In this document: piece by piece, positions 28,679 through 39,133 of the stretch
Position numbering within the stretch: the stretch's first letter is position 1
Layout of the letters: each line of letters starts with the position of its first letter
Virus record (IMG/VR): IMGVR_UViG_3300047469_000054
Coordinates: 2,916 to 66,915 of that record
DNA from: a virus
DNA length: 64,000 bases
Strand: one strand, 5' to 3'
The notes under the pieces: model-generated
Told to the model about the DNA's origin: nothing
What the model saw: only the letters and a program-made list of their open reading frames with translations
Databases searched by the model: none
Program-made: the position numbers and the translations under genes

Positions 28679-29106
28679 CAGACCTAGACAATGCCATCAT
28701 CTTCGCCACTAATGCGCATGCTGGACAGCTAGATAAGGCAGGTTTGCCATATATCCTTCATCCTTTACGGGTTATGGCTAGCCTTAAGGATTCCTCGGAG
28801 GATATTCTTGTGGCGGCTGTGCTGCATGATGTCATGGAGGATTGCGGCGTTTCATGCAATGATCTTTTTATTGCTGGTTTCTCCATGCGCGTTATCAGCG
28901 CTGTTTTTTCGCTCTCCAGGCGTCCAGGAGAGGATTATCTTTCGGAATTCATCCCGCGATGCGGACTCAATGAAATCGCGCGCAAGGTGAAGATTGCCGA
29001 CATAAACGACAACGCATTGCCATGGCGGGTAGCGATGATTCCCCCTAACATCCCACGCGGATTGCGCTATGCCAAAGCGGTCAATTATTTGGAGAGATAC
29101 CGATGA
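28675..29106 (+). CDS. HD-domain small alarmone hydrolase-like protein (SpoT-HD/Mesh1 family)
   Basis: AH.GQ.DK.G.PYI.HP.RV...AAVLHDV.ED...VK.AD..DN. Confidence 0.75.
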   Translation: MTDLDNAIIFATNAHAGQLDKAGLPYILHPLRVMASLKDSSEDILVAAVLHDVMEDCGVSCNDLFIAGFSMRVISAVFSLSRRPGEDYLSEFIPRCGLNEIARKVKIADINDNALPWRVAMIPPNIPRGLRYAKAVNYLERYR

Positions 29107-31168
29107 CATATGATGAGATTTCAAGCGCAATATCCAAGGCTAAAGTTAACGAGATGTACGCCGCGCATCTTGATAACGCATATCCAGTTCTGGATAAACA
29201 CGCACCTGCTATTACGTGCGGATATGTGCGGTCAGCCGCTCGTTACCTTCGCTATGAGGCGAAAGAAATGCGTCTGGCTGCATTCCTGGAGGCTTCGGAT
29301 AAGAACGTATATTGGCATGATAAGGCAGTTATGGAAGTTCGCCTATATGAAAATAGCGTTGGCTGGTTAGAATCGGCCCGCGAGTATCAGGCGGCAAGCG
29401 CTTCTTTTCAGCGGCTGAAAATGGCCGCTATGGGTATTGACTATTAGGCGCGCTGCTGATACACAAGCAATAGTCAATGATGGAGATATGACTATGACTC
29501 GTGAAGAATTTAAAGTTGCGTATCGTCTTGTTCGCATTTATCGCCAGACGAAGCAGGTAGATATCCTAATGCTGATGGACGATGATGTGGCCGCTATTGC
29601 CGCGCTTTCCTGTCGCAATGGATGCAGCCGTAAGTTTGGTGTCGAATGTGCAAAGTCAGCCCATGAGCGCGGATTCACATTTGGCGAAACTATTGACCTA
29701 TTCTTGTCAGCCGCGCGCTATCGTCGTGATCGCGGTACTTTTCAGGCAACGAACTTTCCAAGGGGAGCGCTATAATGCATGTAGGATGGATTTGGAAATC
29801 AGCTATGGGTGATCGCTGGCAGTACGTCCACGGCGAAGAAAAACCAGACCTTGGCTTCACGCCGAAATACAATGAGAATGTCACGTATTTGCGCGTATAC
29901 GCCGCCATCCCTCATTTAGCCAATCCTGTAGATGGGGAACGGCATGATGGGGCGATAGACGAATTCTATAAGGCTGTATCGCTTCATGTTGAGGGCTTGG
30001 AGCGCCTTCCGTCCCATGAAGAACGTGAAGCTCTCAAGTCTGGTTTCCATGCCTACCACTCCGCCCTTGGAGCCGGGACGGTGGCGCGGGAGCCGGTGGT
30101 GGATGATAAGCGATGGATGGATAGCGGGTTTGTGAGAGATATCCGCAATCACGCTCGTCGCCTTTGGAATGAAGATGAATTCTCTTGCTCTTGGAACGAT
30201 GAAAACAAAGAGCACTATATCGTCCGCGCGGCCATGTTAGCAGCCGCCCCACCCCCACCCGCAGCGGTGCAAGAGCCGGTGGCCGTGAAGGCTCTGGAGT
30301 GGGAAGAAGGAATTGGGCTTTGGACGGCCCAAACGCAGTTCGTTGCCTGCTACTCTGTTTGGTGCGTCGATGATGAGAAGTGGCAATGCAGTCTGCTGGA
30401 CGGATATTTCACATCAGACGACGTCGCCAAAGCAGCCGCCCAAGCCGACTACGAGCAACGCATTCGCTCCGCTCTCTCCACCTCCCAAAGCGACCCCGCA
30501 CCCGAGATAATCACACTCTCGCAGGACGTCATTAATCTCGTCATCGCAGCGCGCGAAGTTCTGGACACCGGCTATTCAATCGAGCCTGAACGCAATTGGC
30601 TAGACAAGGCCCTTGAGGCGTTCTCCTCGCGCGCTCCATATGAGAACGAGCCTGAAGATGTCGCTTCAACGGCGGTAGAGATGGAACCCGAAGAAATACA
30701 GCATGAGAACAATCTCATGAATGAAAATGACGCGCTTAGGGATGATAACGAACGGCTGCGCCATATCGAGGGTGCGGCAAAACAATATGTCGCATCGGTA
30801 AACGGCGGACCCGGTCCATGCGCTTCGGATGCGGCATGGGCGTCTTATGATAACGCAAAGCAAAAGGCATTCGATGTTCTTTGCGGCGTCATAGCCCCTG
30901 AGAAAGAGGAGGCGAAGCCATGAAAACCACAGCGTGGGCCGCATTCTGTACCGATGGATACCCTAAGCCATTTATTCATGACGGGTCGATCCGTGCAACG
31001 CGGGTCGAGACACAGGCATATATTGGCGGCGCGTGGGCGCTGTCTGATGAGACTGCCCGCCTGGGATGGAAACGTGCCTATAGAGCCGGTTGGCGCTGCA
31101 TCCTCGTGGAAGTCTCGATACTTTGCCATAGCGCTTTGGCGGCAGATGAGCAAAAAAATAAAGCTTGA
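29103..31168 (+). CDS. Hypothetical proteins (29103-29447, ~29488-29775, 29775-30923 mosaic multidomain, 30920-31168)
   Basis: Coupled ORFs; promoter TTGACT-17-TACACA at 29437. Confidence 0.5.
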
Positions 31169-31193
31169 CGTCCAAACATATCAGCGATAAACC
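31165..31193 (+). promoter_or_regulatory. sigma70-type early promoter
   Basis: TTGACG-17-TAAACC preceded by an A-tract and followed by CATCAACA. Confidence 0.55.
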
Positions 31194-31211
31194 TTATGAC
31201 ATCAACAACAC

Positions 31212-31787
31212 ATGAGGTTTATCGCCATGATGATTCCTGATTACGTAGAGAATGAAGCAGCCTACGCAGACGCTATCGTCCGCAACATCGCGCGCAACGC
31301 CATGAAGACGACGCAAAAGCGCCTGTCAAGCGATCCTGAATTTGCCAAGCTATACGCTTACGTTGAGCGCAAATCCAATTCTGGATCGAAATTCTTCAAA
31401 GACATGTGGAAGGCATTTGAACAACGCGGTCGCATTACTGAAAATCAGGAAGCCGCAATTGCCAAAATAATGCGCGAGGAAGACGCCAAGAAAGCGGAAT
31501 ACGCCAAGCGTGACGCTGGCTCCCTGCACGTTGGTATTGTTGGCGAACGTCGCGAATTTACGCTTACCGTACAGACTATTATGGTTATGGAAAGCGAATA
31601 TTTTCCGACAAGCTACCTCCATATCTGCAAGGATACTGATGGTAACGTGCTGATCTACAAAGGCAGCAAGCAACTTGCTACTGAACGCGGCGCGGTCATT
31701 TCGTTTAAGGCCACTATTAAGGCGCATGATGAGCGCATGGGCGTGAAGCAAACCAAGTTGGCAAGACCGGCTCTTATCGTAGCGTGA
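31212..31787 (+). CDS. Hypothetical protein with C-terminal OB-fold-like domain
   Basis: S.HVG.VGER...TV......D.DGN...Y......KATIK.H....GVKQT.L.RP. Confidence 0.6.
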   Translation: MRFIAMMIPDYVENEAAYADAIVRNIARNAMKTTQKRLSSDPEFAKLYAYVERKSNSGSKFFKDMWKAFEQRGRITENQEAAIAKIMREEDAKKAEYAKRDAGSLHVGIVGERREFTLTVQTIMVMESEYFPTSYLHICKDTDGNVLIYKGSKQLATERGAVISFKATIKAHDERMGVKQTKLARPALIVA

Positions 31788-31790
31788 TTT

Positions 31791-31813
31791 AAAGGGGCTT
31801 CGGCCCCTTTTTC
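31791..31813 (+). terminator. Rho-independent terminator
   Basis: AAAGGGGC-ttcg-GCCCCTTTTT. Confidence 0.8.
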
Positions 31814-31815
31814 TA

Positions 31816-31843
31816 TTGACGCGATTTATGAATATGCTACAAC
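31816..31843 (+). promoter_or_regulatory. sigma70-type early promoter
   Basis: TTGACG-16-TACAAC followed by CATCAACA and AAGGA RBS. Confidence 0.55.
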
Positions 31844-31868
31844 AAGTCATCAACAAGGAACGAAGCAT

Positions 31869-31994
31869 ATGACCAACATCAACCGTCGACGCAAAGCAGC
31901 CAAGCGCCAAGATCGCATCGCCACCGTGTGCATGGCTGTACTGGCCGTATGTGCCGCTATCGTTGTCATCGCGCCGCTGGCGTTTGCTTTCTAA
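31869..31994 (+). CDS. 41-aa membrane peptide (below the ORF-track cutoff)
   Basis: MTNINRRRKAAKRQDRIATVCMAVLAVCAAIVVIAPLAFAF; first gene after a promoter, with RBS. Confidence 0.55.
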   Translation: MTNINRRRKAAKRQDRIATVCMAVLAVCAAIVVIAPLAFAF

Positions 31995-31999
31995 GGAGT

Positions 32000-33790
32000 A
32001 TGCCAATGCAGAAAGTCATTTATCAATCTCGCACCTATGATCCAGCTAAGGTTACTGGTCGCTATGTGCGGCTGGCAATCTTACGTCCGGGCGATGAAGC
32101 TTTCGTGCTTTATGAAACTATCGGCCCTGATGGACGCGGAGCTACGGTTCGAGAAAGCGTCGTAGGTCGCGACGTCTTGCCGGAATCAATTATGCTGGCT
32201 GCTCGCCAATGCCTTACGTTTGTGAAGTGGATCAAAGACGATGCATAGTGCTAACGAAATCCGCAAGGCAATCGACCACTTGCAATTTAACGTATGGGTA
32301 AGGTGTTGGGCGGATGGTGTCATCTGGTGCGGCGCTGAATATGGTTCTGAAATGCGATCACGCGAGATAGAAGCGGCACTTGCGCGCGCTGGCTATCAAA
32401 CGCGCCGTAGCGGTCGCCCTGGAACGTCTGGAGAGTACATCGTGGAGATTGTCCAATGACATATAGGCAGTTACTACGGCAATCTAGCCTACGTCCGCTT
32501 GATCGTGACGAATTGCGGGCTCTTAATGTATTCCGCGAGGATGAGACGTTGCGGCGTTATCGTGCAATTCGCGCTTATCGTCAGGCGACGTCAATCAAGG
32601 GCGTATGGACCGCAATTAAGGAGATTTTCAGTGGAAAATAACGCACAGGAAGACATCAAGGCGCATGCTCAATGGGCGCTAGCGAACAAGCTTATATTGC
32701 CTGGACACGCAACGGTTCTTCGCGCGCCTACAGGATGCGGTCGCAGCTTAGTGCTAGCTGAAGCTTTGCGGATATCCAAGCCAGCGACCGTTACGGTTGT
32801 CTATCAATATCGTATCATGCTTGAGCAGTTCAGGCGCGATATTGGCGATCATATCTTGCAACTGCCATTCCATATATCCTCAATGCTTGGGATGATTCCA
32901 TCAAATGGCGATACGCACGTTCTGGTTATCAGCGAGTGCGTATCGCGGCATCATGGCCATTATCTCGATCTGGTGACGCGCGCGCGTCAATATGGCTATG
33001 CTGTAATCGTAATGTAGGAGGTTGGCAAGCATGAACAAGCGAGATCGCGATAACCTAGCATCCCTGGTGGCGGAATTTGAATGGAACCAAACATCCAGCA
33101 CATCTGAAGCAGCCGGATTCGGTCAGTCGGCTAGGCGTATTATCCAGACTTTCAAGCTGACAAAAGATGACCTATCGTTTTCGCGAGCTTGGGCTATAGC
33201 TGGATTGTGCGAAAAGCAGGATGATGATGACTGGCTAGATGAATTGATCGACTCTTGTGCGGCTGACTATACCGCCGTTGTCGATGCGATAGAGGCCGCT
33301 GGAGACTTTGCGGATTTCGATCCTTATGCGGTCGCTAGCCAAAAATAGCGGTTGACAGGATTGGTGCGCGTGCTATGATGGGTTCATCAACAGAGGGATA
33401 CGGATATGATCAACGTTAAAGAAGCAGCTACACTTTGCGAAGCATATGGCGTGAAGTGGGTTGAGTATTGTGCATCGCGCGGTTATGATTTCTCGCCATG
33501 CTCTAACGGGCGCACGATGTTCGATAAATCAGACATCATCAAGTTTATCGTTTGGGAGAATTGATATGTTCTACGCAATCGACTTCAAGGGCCACAAAAA
33601 CCTCTTGGCTCAGGAAATCCCTTCAGCCGTTGGCATGCGTGGTTTCTATATTCATGATCTTGGCGGCGATTATGACTTTCGTGATTTCGAATATCGAATT
33701 GCCAAGGGCGAGGCACGGGAAGTTTCTTTCGTCGGTCGTCGCCTTGATGCTATAGTGAAGAATGGTGCCTTTCAGTCTGCCGCCGCTTAG
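32000..33790 (+). CDS. Small early hypothetical proteins (~32000-32248, 32241-32459, 32456-32641, ~32631-33017, 33022-33348, 33406-33564, 33566-33790)
   Basis: RBSs and coupling; promoter TTGACA-16-TATGAT at 33352. Confidence 0.5.
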
Positions 33791-33817
33791 CGCTCTCATG
33801 CACCCATAACGACATAC

Positions 33818-33840
33818 AAAGCGCCAGTAGGCGCTTTTTT
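33818..33840 (+). terminator. Rho-independent terminator
   Basis: AAAGCGCC-agta-GGCGCTTTTTT. Confidence 0.75.
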
Positions 33841-34430
33841 AATTTGTACATACGTATAGGATTATTTTTCTACAGTTTCGTTATTTTAGCATCACGAAAC
33901 GCAGTAGTACTATTTCGCCATAAAAAAACCACGCACTTTTTGTTTTGCTAAGACTACCTTAGTTTTATTTTTATGTTAAGTTGTTGATTTTTATCATGTT
34001 ACAATTTATTGGTTAGTGTGTCACAATTTATGCAACCATGCCACAATCATCCTGTATATTAGCTGTTTTTTAGGCGTTTCGCAGTAGTTCGCACTTTTGA
34101 TAAACAAAACTGTATTCCTGTTTTAGCCTTAATATCATGTATTTTTGGAATGTTATTTCAAACGCTATAATTTGGTACTTATTGTAATTTTCATATATAT
34201 CTAAGTCATTGATTTTTAATACGCACTTTTGGTTTTCAAAAAGTGTGAAAAAGTGCGTATTTTGGCAAATAACTGCGTCAGAACTTTTTCTCACACTTTT
34301 TTATTTATCCCTACACCCCTCCACACTTCCCCTATATACCTCCTCTTGAGAGGGGTATGTAGGGGAGTGTGGGGGAGGGAGTAGGTGCGAACGATAAGAA
34401 AACTACTGCGTCGTAGAAAAGTTGTTGATA
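33841..34430. other. AT-rich origin-like region with short repeats, IHF-like sites and a large inverted repeat
   Basis: CGCACTTTT x3 plus an inverted copy; CGCAGTAGT x2 plus an inverted copy; TAAnnnnTTGATT at 33977 and 34202; palindrome 34310-34385. Confidence 0.5.
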
Positions 34431-34695
34431 TGTGTGTGCGGAAAGTGTATGGATGAGCTAACGACGAAAGGAGTCGATATGTTCGAAACTGAATTCAAAG
34501 GCACGCTGGCAATCAAGGTGGATGGCGACATCAAGCGGTACGTTAAGTTTACGATGGAGGGAGATATTCCTTTGGAGGTATGCGGTAGGGTTGCCGCTAC
34601 ATTCGCTATTCGAGCGCTAAGCGGAAAGCCGCCTTTCGATGTTGAGATTATTTCCATTGATGAGATGACTCGCACCCACAAGGATCGCAATCATC

Positions 34696-35247
34696 ATGAC
34701 TAAAGTCCGCAAACGCATCATGCGCCGCAAACGCGCTCGCGTCGGTGACGTTATCTTGTCTCCGGGAAAGAGCACCACATCAACCGTCGTCATTGACGGC
34801 AAGCGTGTACTGGTTCGCCAGAGGATGGACAAGGATGGCGTTATCCGCACGACTACGACCAATGCTGCCATTCTCGAGTCTGACCTACAGGCGGCGCAGG
34901 TTGAGGCGTTGAGAGCGCATCCACTCTATGGCATGGCATTTACGCTGGCTGGAGATATGGGCGCGGGCAAGCGCGGACCACAAGCGCAAGCTGATGCCGT
35001 CCGTACAGGTCTTGAGAGCGGAGAGCCTGACTTGCGCATTTACATCATTGGCGGTAAGTTGCTGTCTGTCGAGAACAAGGCTGAGAAGACGCCTGTATCT
35101 AAAGCGCAGAAAGATAGGCATGCACTCTTGCATTCGCTTGGATTTCAGGTAGAAATCATCAGGACAACGACATGCGACATGGCCGTTCATCGAGTCATGT
35201 TGCTTATGGCGACTGTCGTTCCTGGTTTCATATATGAGGAGAATTGA
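34696..35247 (+). CDS. VRR-NUC endonuclease
   Basis: ESDLQ...G..SGEPDL....ENK......S.AQ...H..L...GF.V. Confidence 0.75.
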   Translation: MTKVRKRIMRRKRARVGDVILSPGKSTTSTVVIDGKRVLVRQRMDKDGVIRTTTTNAAILESDLQAAQVEALRAHPLYGMAFTLAGDMGAGKRGPQAQADAVRTGLESGEPDLRIYIIGGKLLSVENKAEKTPVSKAQKDRHALLHSLGFQVEIIRTTTCDMAVHRVMLLMATVVPGFIYEEN

Positions 35248-35248
35248 C

Positions 35249-36708
35249 ATGGATATCGTTAATATGATTTTGTCGTATTGGTGGCTACTTGTTCAGATTG
35301 CTATCGGCATTATGGCGTTGACAATCGTAACGCTCGTTAGCGCGGCAACCGCAAGAATTATCAGCACGGATCACAAAATGCTAGTCGACAAACACGATCA
35401 CCTATTGCGAAATTATCGTTCTGTTGTCGGCAATCTGAATGCTCATAAACGGCGATTGCGGGAAGTAAGGGGTAGCTTGGCGACGGCTTATGCTTATGAT
35501 CGCTGCTCAGATGAAACCGTTAAGGCGTTCTCGGCTTGGCTTGCCCTAGGTAGTCCAGGCGCTAATCCAGGCGATGAAAGCAAATGGCATACAGGTGGCT
35601 TTGTTGGTGGTAATGCTCCGCCTTCAATCGTCAATAATGATTATGTCGTCGCAGAAGATAGATTCGGCTATCATCCTAATGTGGCTTTCTTTCCTAGTAC
35701 TGCCAACGTCGTCATCACGCAAGCCCTTGCCGATCAGATTACGGAAGCCAACATCACGCGCAAGCTGGAGGACAGTATCCAGCGTGGCGAGGATATGGCC
35801 ATGCATGATGTCGACAATGACCACGACGGAGGCGCTATGCTGCATGCTGACTTTCGCGACGAAACAAAAGAAGAGCGCGTGGACCGGGTCCGCCAGCAGA
35901 TTACCGAATCACTTTCAGGCGAAGGCAGGCTGTCACAATGGTTCGGACTCACGCGCGCCGCTTGGGTAACGCTTCCGCGATCGTTTATGCAGGAAATGCC
36001 AGACGAATGGCAGCGTAGGTTCGCTATTTGCCTGGAAGAGATTCAGGACACATTTCCTAACGCACCAAAGGAAATCGCCAATACGGTCGTTACTGGACGA
36101 GTCGGCGGCAAGTTCGTGCGTATTCCCGAATGGGTTAGCAATTACAGGCGCCCTGACTTGGATTTGATTAACGCGTGCCGTCGCGCTGATGTGGTTTTTG
36201 CAGATGACGGCAATAGTTATTCCACCCCCGAACACAATGGCGATGGCAGTGTTTACATTCCTGATAGCGATGATCCCGATGCGGTTGACTGGATGCGTCA
36301 GCGTGTACGCCATGACTGATTTCAGAGTAAATGTCACATGTAGAGAAGGCGGTATACATGACGGCAAGCTTCACGTATTGCAAACGGTCGTCACGGCTAG
36401 TTCATTATGGGAAGCCAAGCAAGAAGCCAAGCGCCGCGCTAGGAATGCTGGTTCTCGCATTATTCATTCGATAACATTGGGGGAAGATCATGACTGACGT
36501 AAGCTACATCATTCGTGCCAAGACGGCGACGGCAACGGTTGTCATTGAGAAATCCATCCAATTGCATTTCGTTGCTTTTGGTGACGAAACTGCTCAAGAC
36601 GCATACAATCGATATATTGCTGGCCTAGCGGCATCAGGTATTAGTTTAAAGGTCATCCGAAATTCATCTCCACGCTTCGTTGACGACGATTCCAGCGGCG
36701 CCATATGA
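35249..36708 (+). CDS. Hypothetical proteins (35249-36319 with N-terminal TM, ~36312-36497, 36490-36708)
   Basis: RBSs and coupling. Confidence 0.5.
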
Positions 36709-36709
36709 T
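36680..36709 (+). promoter_or_regulatory. sigma70-type promoter upstream of the hairpin array
   Basis: TTGACG-18-TATGAT; predicted start coincides with the first stem. Confidence 0.5.
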
Positions 36710-36713
36710 CTAT

Positions 36714-37150
36714 TGTGAGACGACGACAAAACGAAAAACCTTTAAATTATATCGCATTACAGGTTTTGTGCTTAGGTCGTCTCACATAATTATTTCGCGA
36801 CACGGTTGATATGGCATTGCGTTGACGCTTGTTATATCCTGTGGCGCGCGACTTATACCGTAAGCGCTAGCGCCACCCACAAGGCATGCTGCGCTATTGG
36901 CGAGTGGCGACAATTGTTATCCTTGGCAACATGTCGTCACTCGCAATTATTGACAGGGTAATAAGCGGTGGCTGCAACTTTCGCTTAGCAATGTATAGAC
37001 GCTGTCTTGCATTGTCCCTGTCTGCTTAATTGGTGCTGATTAATGTTTAGTGATTCGCTCACGCATGAAGTCCATAACCATAACATGGATAGCACTAATG
37101 CCCATAGCGACGTCCCGAAGTAGGCCATTGGCTACCGGCTACGGCGCTTA
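36714..37150 (+). ncRNA. Candidate ncRNA: tandem array of ~6 stem-loop / three-way-junction units
   Basis: ORF-free; consecutive closing stems of 7-13 bp with G-U pairs on the + strand; AU-rich linkers. Confidence 0.6.
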
Positions 37151-37233
37151 GCGAGCGGTTGAGCTTGACATTGGTATCCTCCAACTGTATGTCTTATGCT
37201 CCCGCTCGCATTTTCACAGAAGGAGAAAATCAT

Positions 37234-37482
37234 ATGCATCTTTGGGGTAAACTGGTGGATAGTTCTGGCATCGCAGACGACATGGAAGATGCCGTTGAGG
37301 CTGAATTGGCTCGCAGATCATCAATCGGATCTCGCAAGGCATTCATTGAGCGTACGGCGCCTATGTTCTTGCAGGCTGCAATTCAACAGGGACGATATGT
37401 CGATGATGATGCCATAAAGCTAAGTGTTGCTCGCGCCGATCGTCTCTACAGCGCCATTCAGGATCATGATATTGGCAAGTAA
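37234..37482 (+). CDS. Hypothetical protein
   Basis: AAGGAG RBS; promoter TTGACA-17-TATGTC at 37165. Confidence 0.55.
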   Translation: MHLWGKLVDSSGIADDMEDAVEAELARRSSIGSRKAFIERTAPMFLQAAIQQGRYVDDDAIKLSVARADRLYSAIQDHDIGK

Positions 37483-37780
37483 TAACAAGCGCTCCGCAGA
37501 AGCCATAGAGGCTCGCAAGCTATACAAGACGGCCAAATGGCGTAGGCTACGCGAGGCGCATGTCTTGGATGAGCCATGCTGTCGTTATTGCATGCGAGCA
37601 GAGGAAATCATGCCGGTTGAGGTTGTGGACCATATTAAACCGCACAAGGGCGACTTGACATTGTTCTATGATCCCGATAACCTCCAGAGTCTATGCAATC
37701 TATGCCATTCAAAGCTTAAGCAGTGGGAAGAGAATAACAAGCTGGTTATACATTTCGATGGCAATGGCTGGCCTATTTAG
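37466..37780 (+). CDS. HNH endonuclease of the terminase-associated (HK97 gp74-like) type
   Basis: Y.T..W..LR...L..EP.C..C....VVDHI.PH.GD..LF.D..NLQSLC..CHS.K...DG.G.P. Confidence 0.85.
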   Translation: MILASNNKRSAEAIEARKLYKTAKWRRLREAHVLDEPCCRYCMRAEEIMPVEVVDHIKPHKGDLTLFYDPDNLQSLCNLCHSKLKQWEENNKLVIHFDGNGWPI

Positions 37781-37897
37781 AGGGTGTGAAATGAATAGCT
37801 TTTCGGCTTATGTTTTCGCTACAATCTTGTCGATTGGTGCTTGGTTTGTCACATTTTACGCCGTTTATGGCTTTCTTACATTTTGGGGAGTATAATA

Positions 37898-39133
37898 TGG
37901 ATAACAATCTCGATGCCTCCCATTCTTGGCGGCAAGTCCAACTTGACGATTACGGTTATTATATCTTAGCTGCAAATGGCGATAAGCGCCGCGTTCATAC
38001 GCTTGCAGAGGCTATCGACGTTCTTGCTGAAGAGGGCGCCAAGCGTTGCGCCAATGACATTGCCCGTCGTATCGTTGGCGACATGGTGACGCGGCCATGA
38101 GTCACGGCGTCGAAAACTACTGCATCATCAGCGATGGCACCAACGCTCGCCTTGTCGACACAAGTGGCTCAACGTTTCCGCCACGTAACGCATGGGACGT
38201 TCTCGCTTACGATGGTGAAGAGACAATGAACGGCTATCGTGATTTCGCGTTCAATAAGCCGCTTCCTGGTGACGATCGCACGCCAGCTTATCGTTGGGGA
38301 TGGCAGAATGCCCAACGTGACGCTACGCACGCTCGCGATGGCTATGAGGATATTCGTTATGATTATATCGCTATGTGTCGTAGGCCGAATTAGGGGGAAG
38401 CCATGAGAGGACTTGAAAAAGAATATCTGGAGCATCGAATTCTTGATGCTATCGAGTTTATCCCGATGTCTAAGGGTGCTATTTGCGATTTACTTTATGG
38501 CAACGAAGATGGTTATTACGCTGTTGACTTAGCTATAAAGAGAATGCGCAAGCGTGGATATGTGAAATTTCATTTTTGCAGATGGGTAATAACCAACAAG
38601 GGAATTGGCGCTCTCAATAAGATGTATAGGTGCGTCTTTGCCGTCAGATGACGACATACAGGCTTGTCCACGCTGTTGCGGCTCTGGCTACGATAGCCAT
38701 CCAGACTCCGGATATAACTGTTCGCTATGTGGTGGTAGTGGCGGCGTTGCCGCCTGCTTGCCGTGCCGCTGTAGTGAGATGGTGGAAGGTGATGGATGTA
38801 AGGATGGATGCCTTATTATGGCGCCTAGCGCGTGCTCTACCTGCGAAGGATCTGGCGTTGAGTTTGTTTATGGCGGCTATAGCACGGTTTTGGAAATTAC
38901 ATGCAGCGAGTGCTGCTTTGGCACGAAAATCAAGGAGACTTATGATGAGCAAAACTAATGCTGAGTATATCGAATGGTTGAGCGGCAAGCAGCCAGTTGC
39001 CGATGATGTCATGGTTGAGGCAAAACTTCGCGATGGTGTCGTTTTTCGATACCGCGCCAATCAACTGGAATGGGATCATTATCCAGATGATCCCGATTAC
39101 GATATCGTCGCTTATCGCGTGGTGCAGTCATGA
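37898..39133 (+). CDS. Small hypothetical proteins including a CxxCxGxG Zn-finger protein (~38635-38958) and 38942-39133
   Basis: Repeated CPRCCGSG / CSLCGGSG / CSTCEGSG; coupled ORFs. Confidence 0.5.

Noticed and set aside
32631-33017. Helicase-like P-loop (APTGCGRS)
   Set aside because: Only ~128 aa, Lys replaced by Arg and no other intact motifs; at most a degenerate fragment
36714-37150. CRISPR array or tRNA cluster
   Set aside because: No repeated sequence unit; no TTCGA T-loop or canonical D-arm and anticodon geometry
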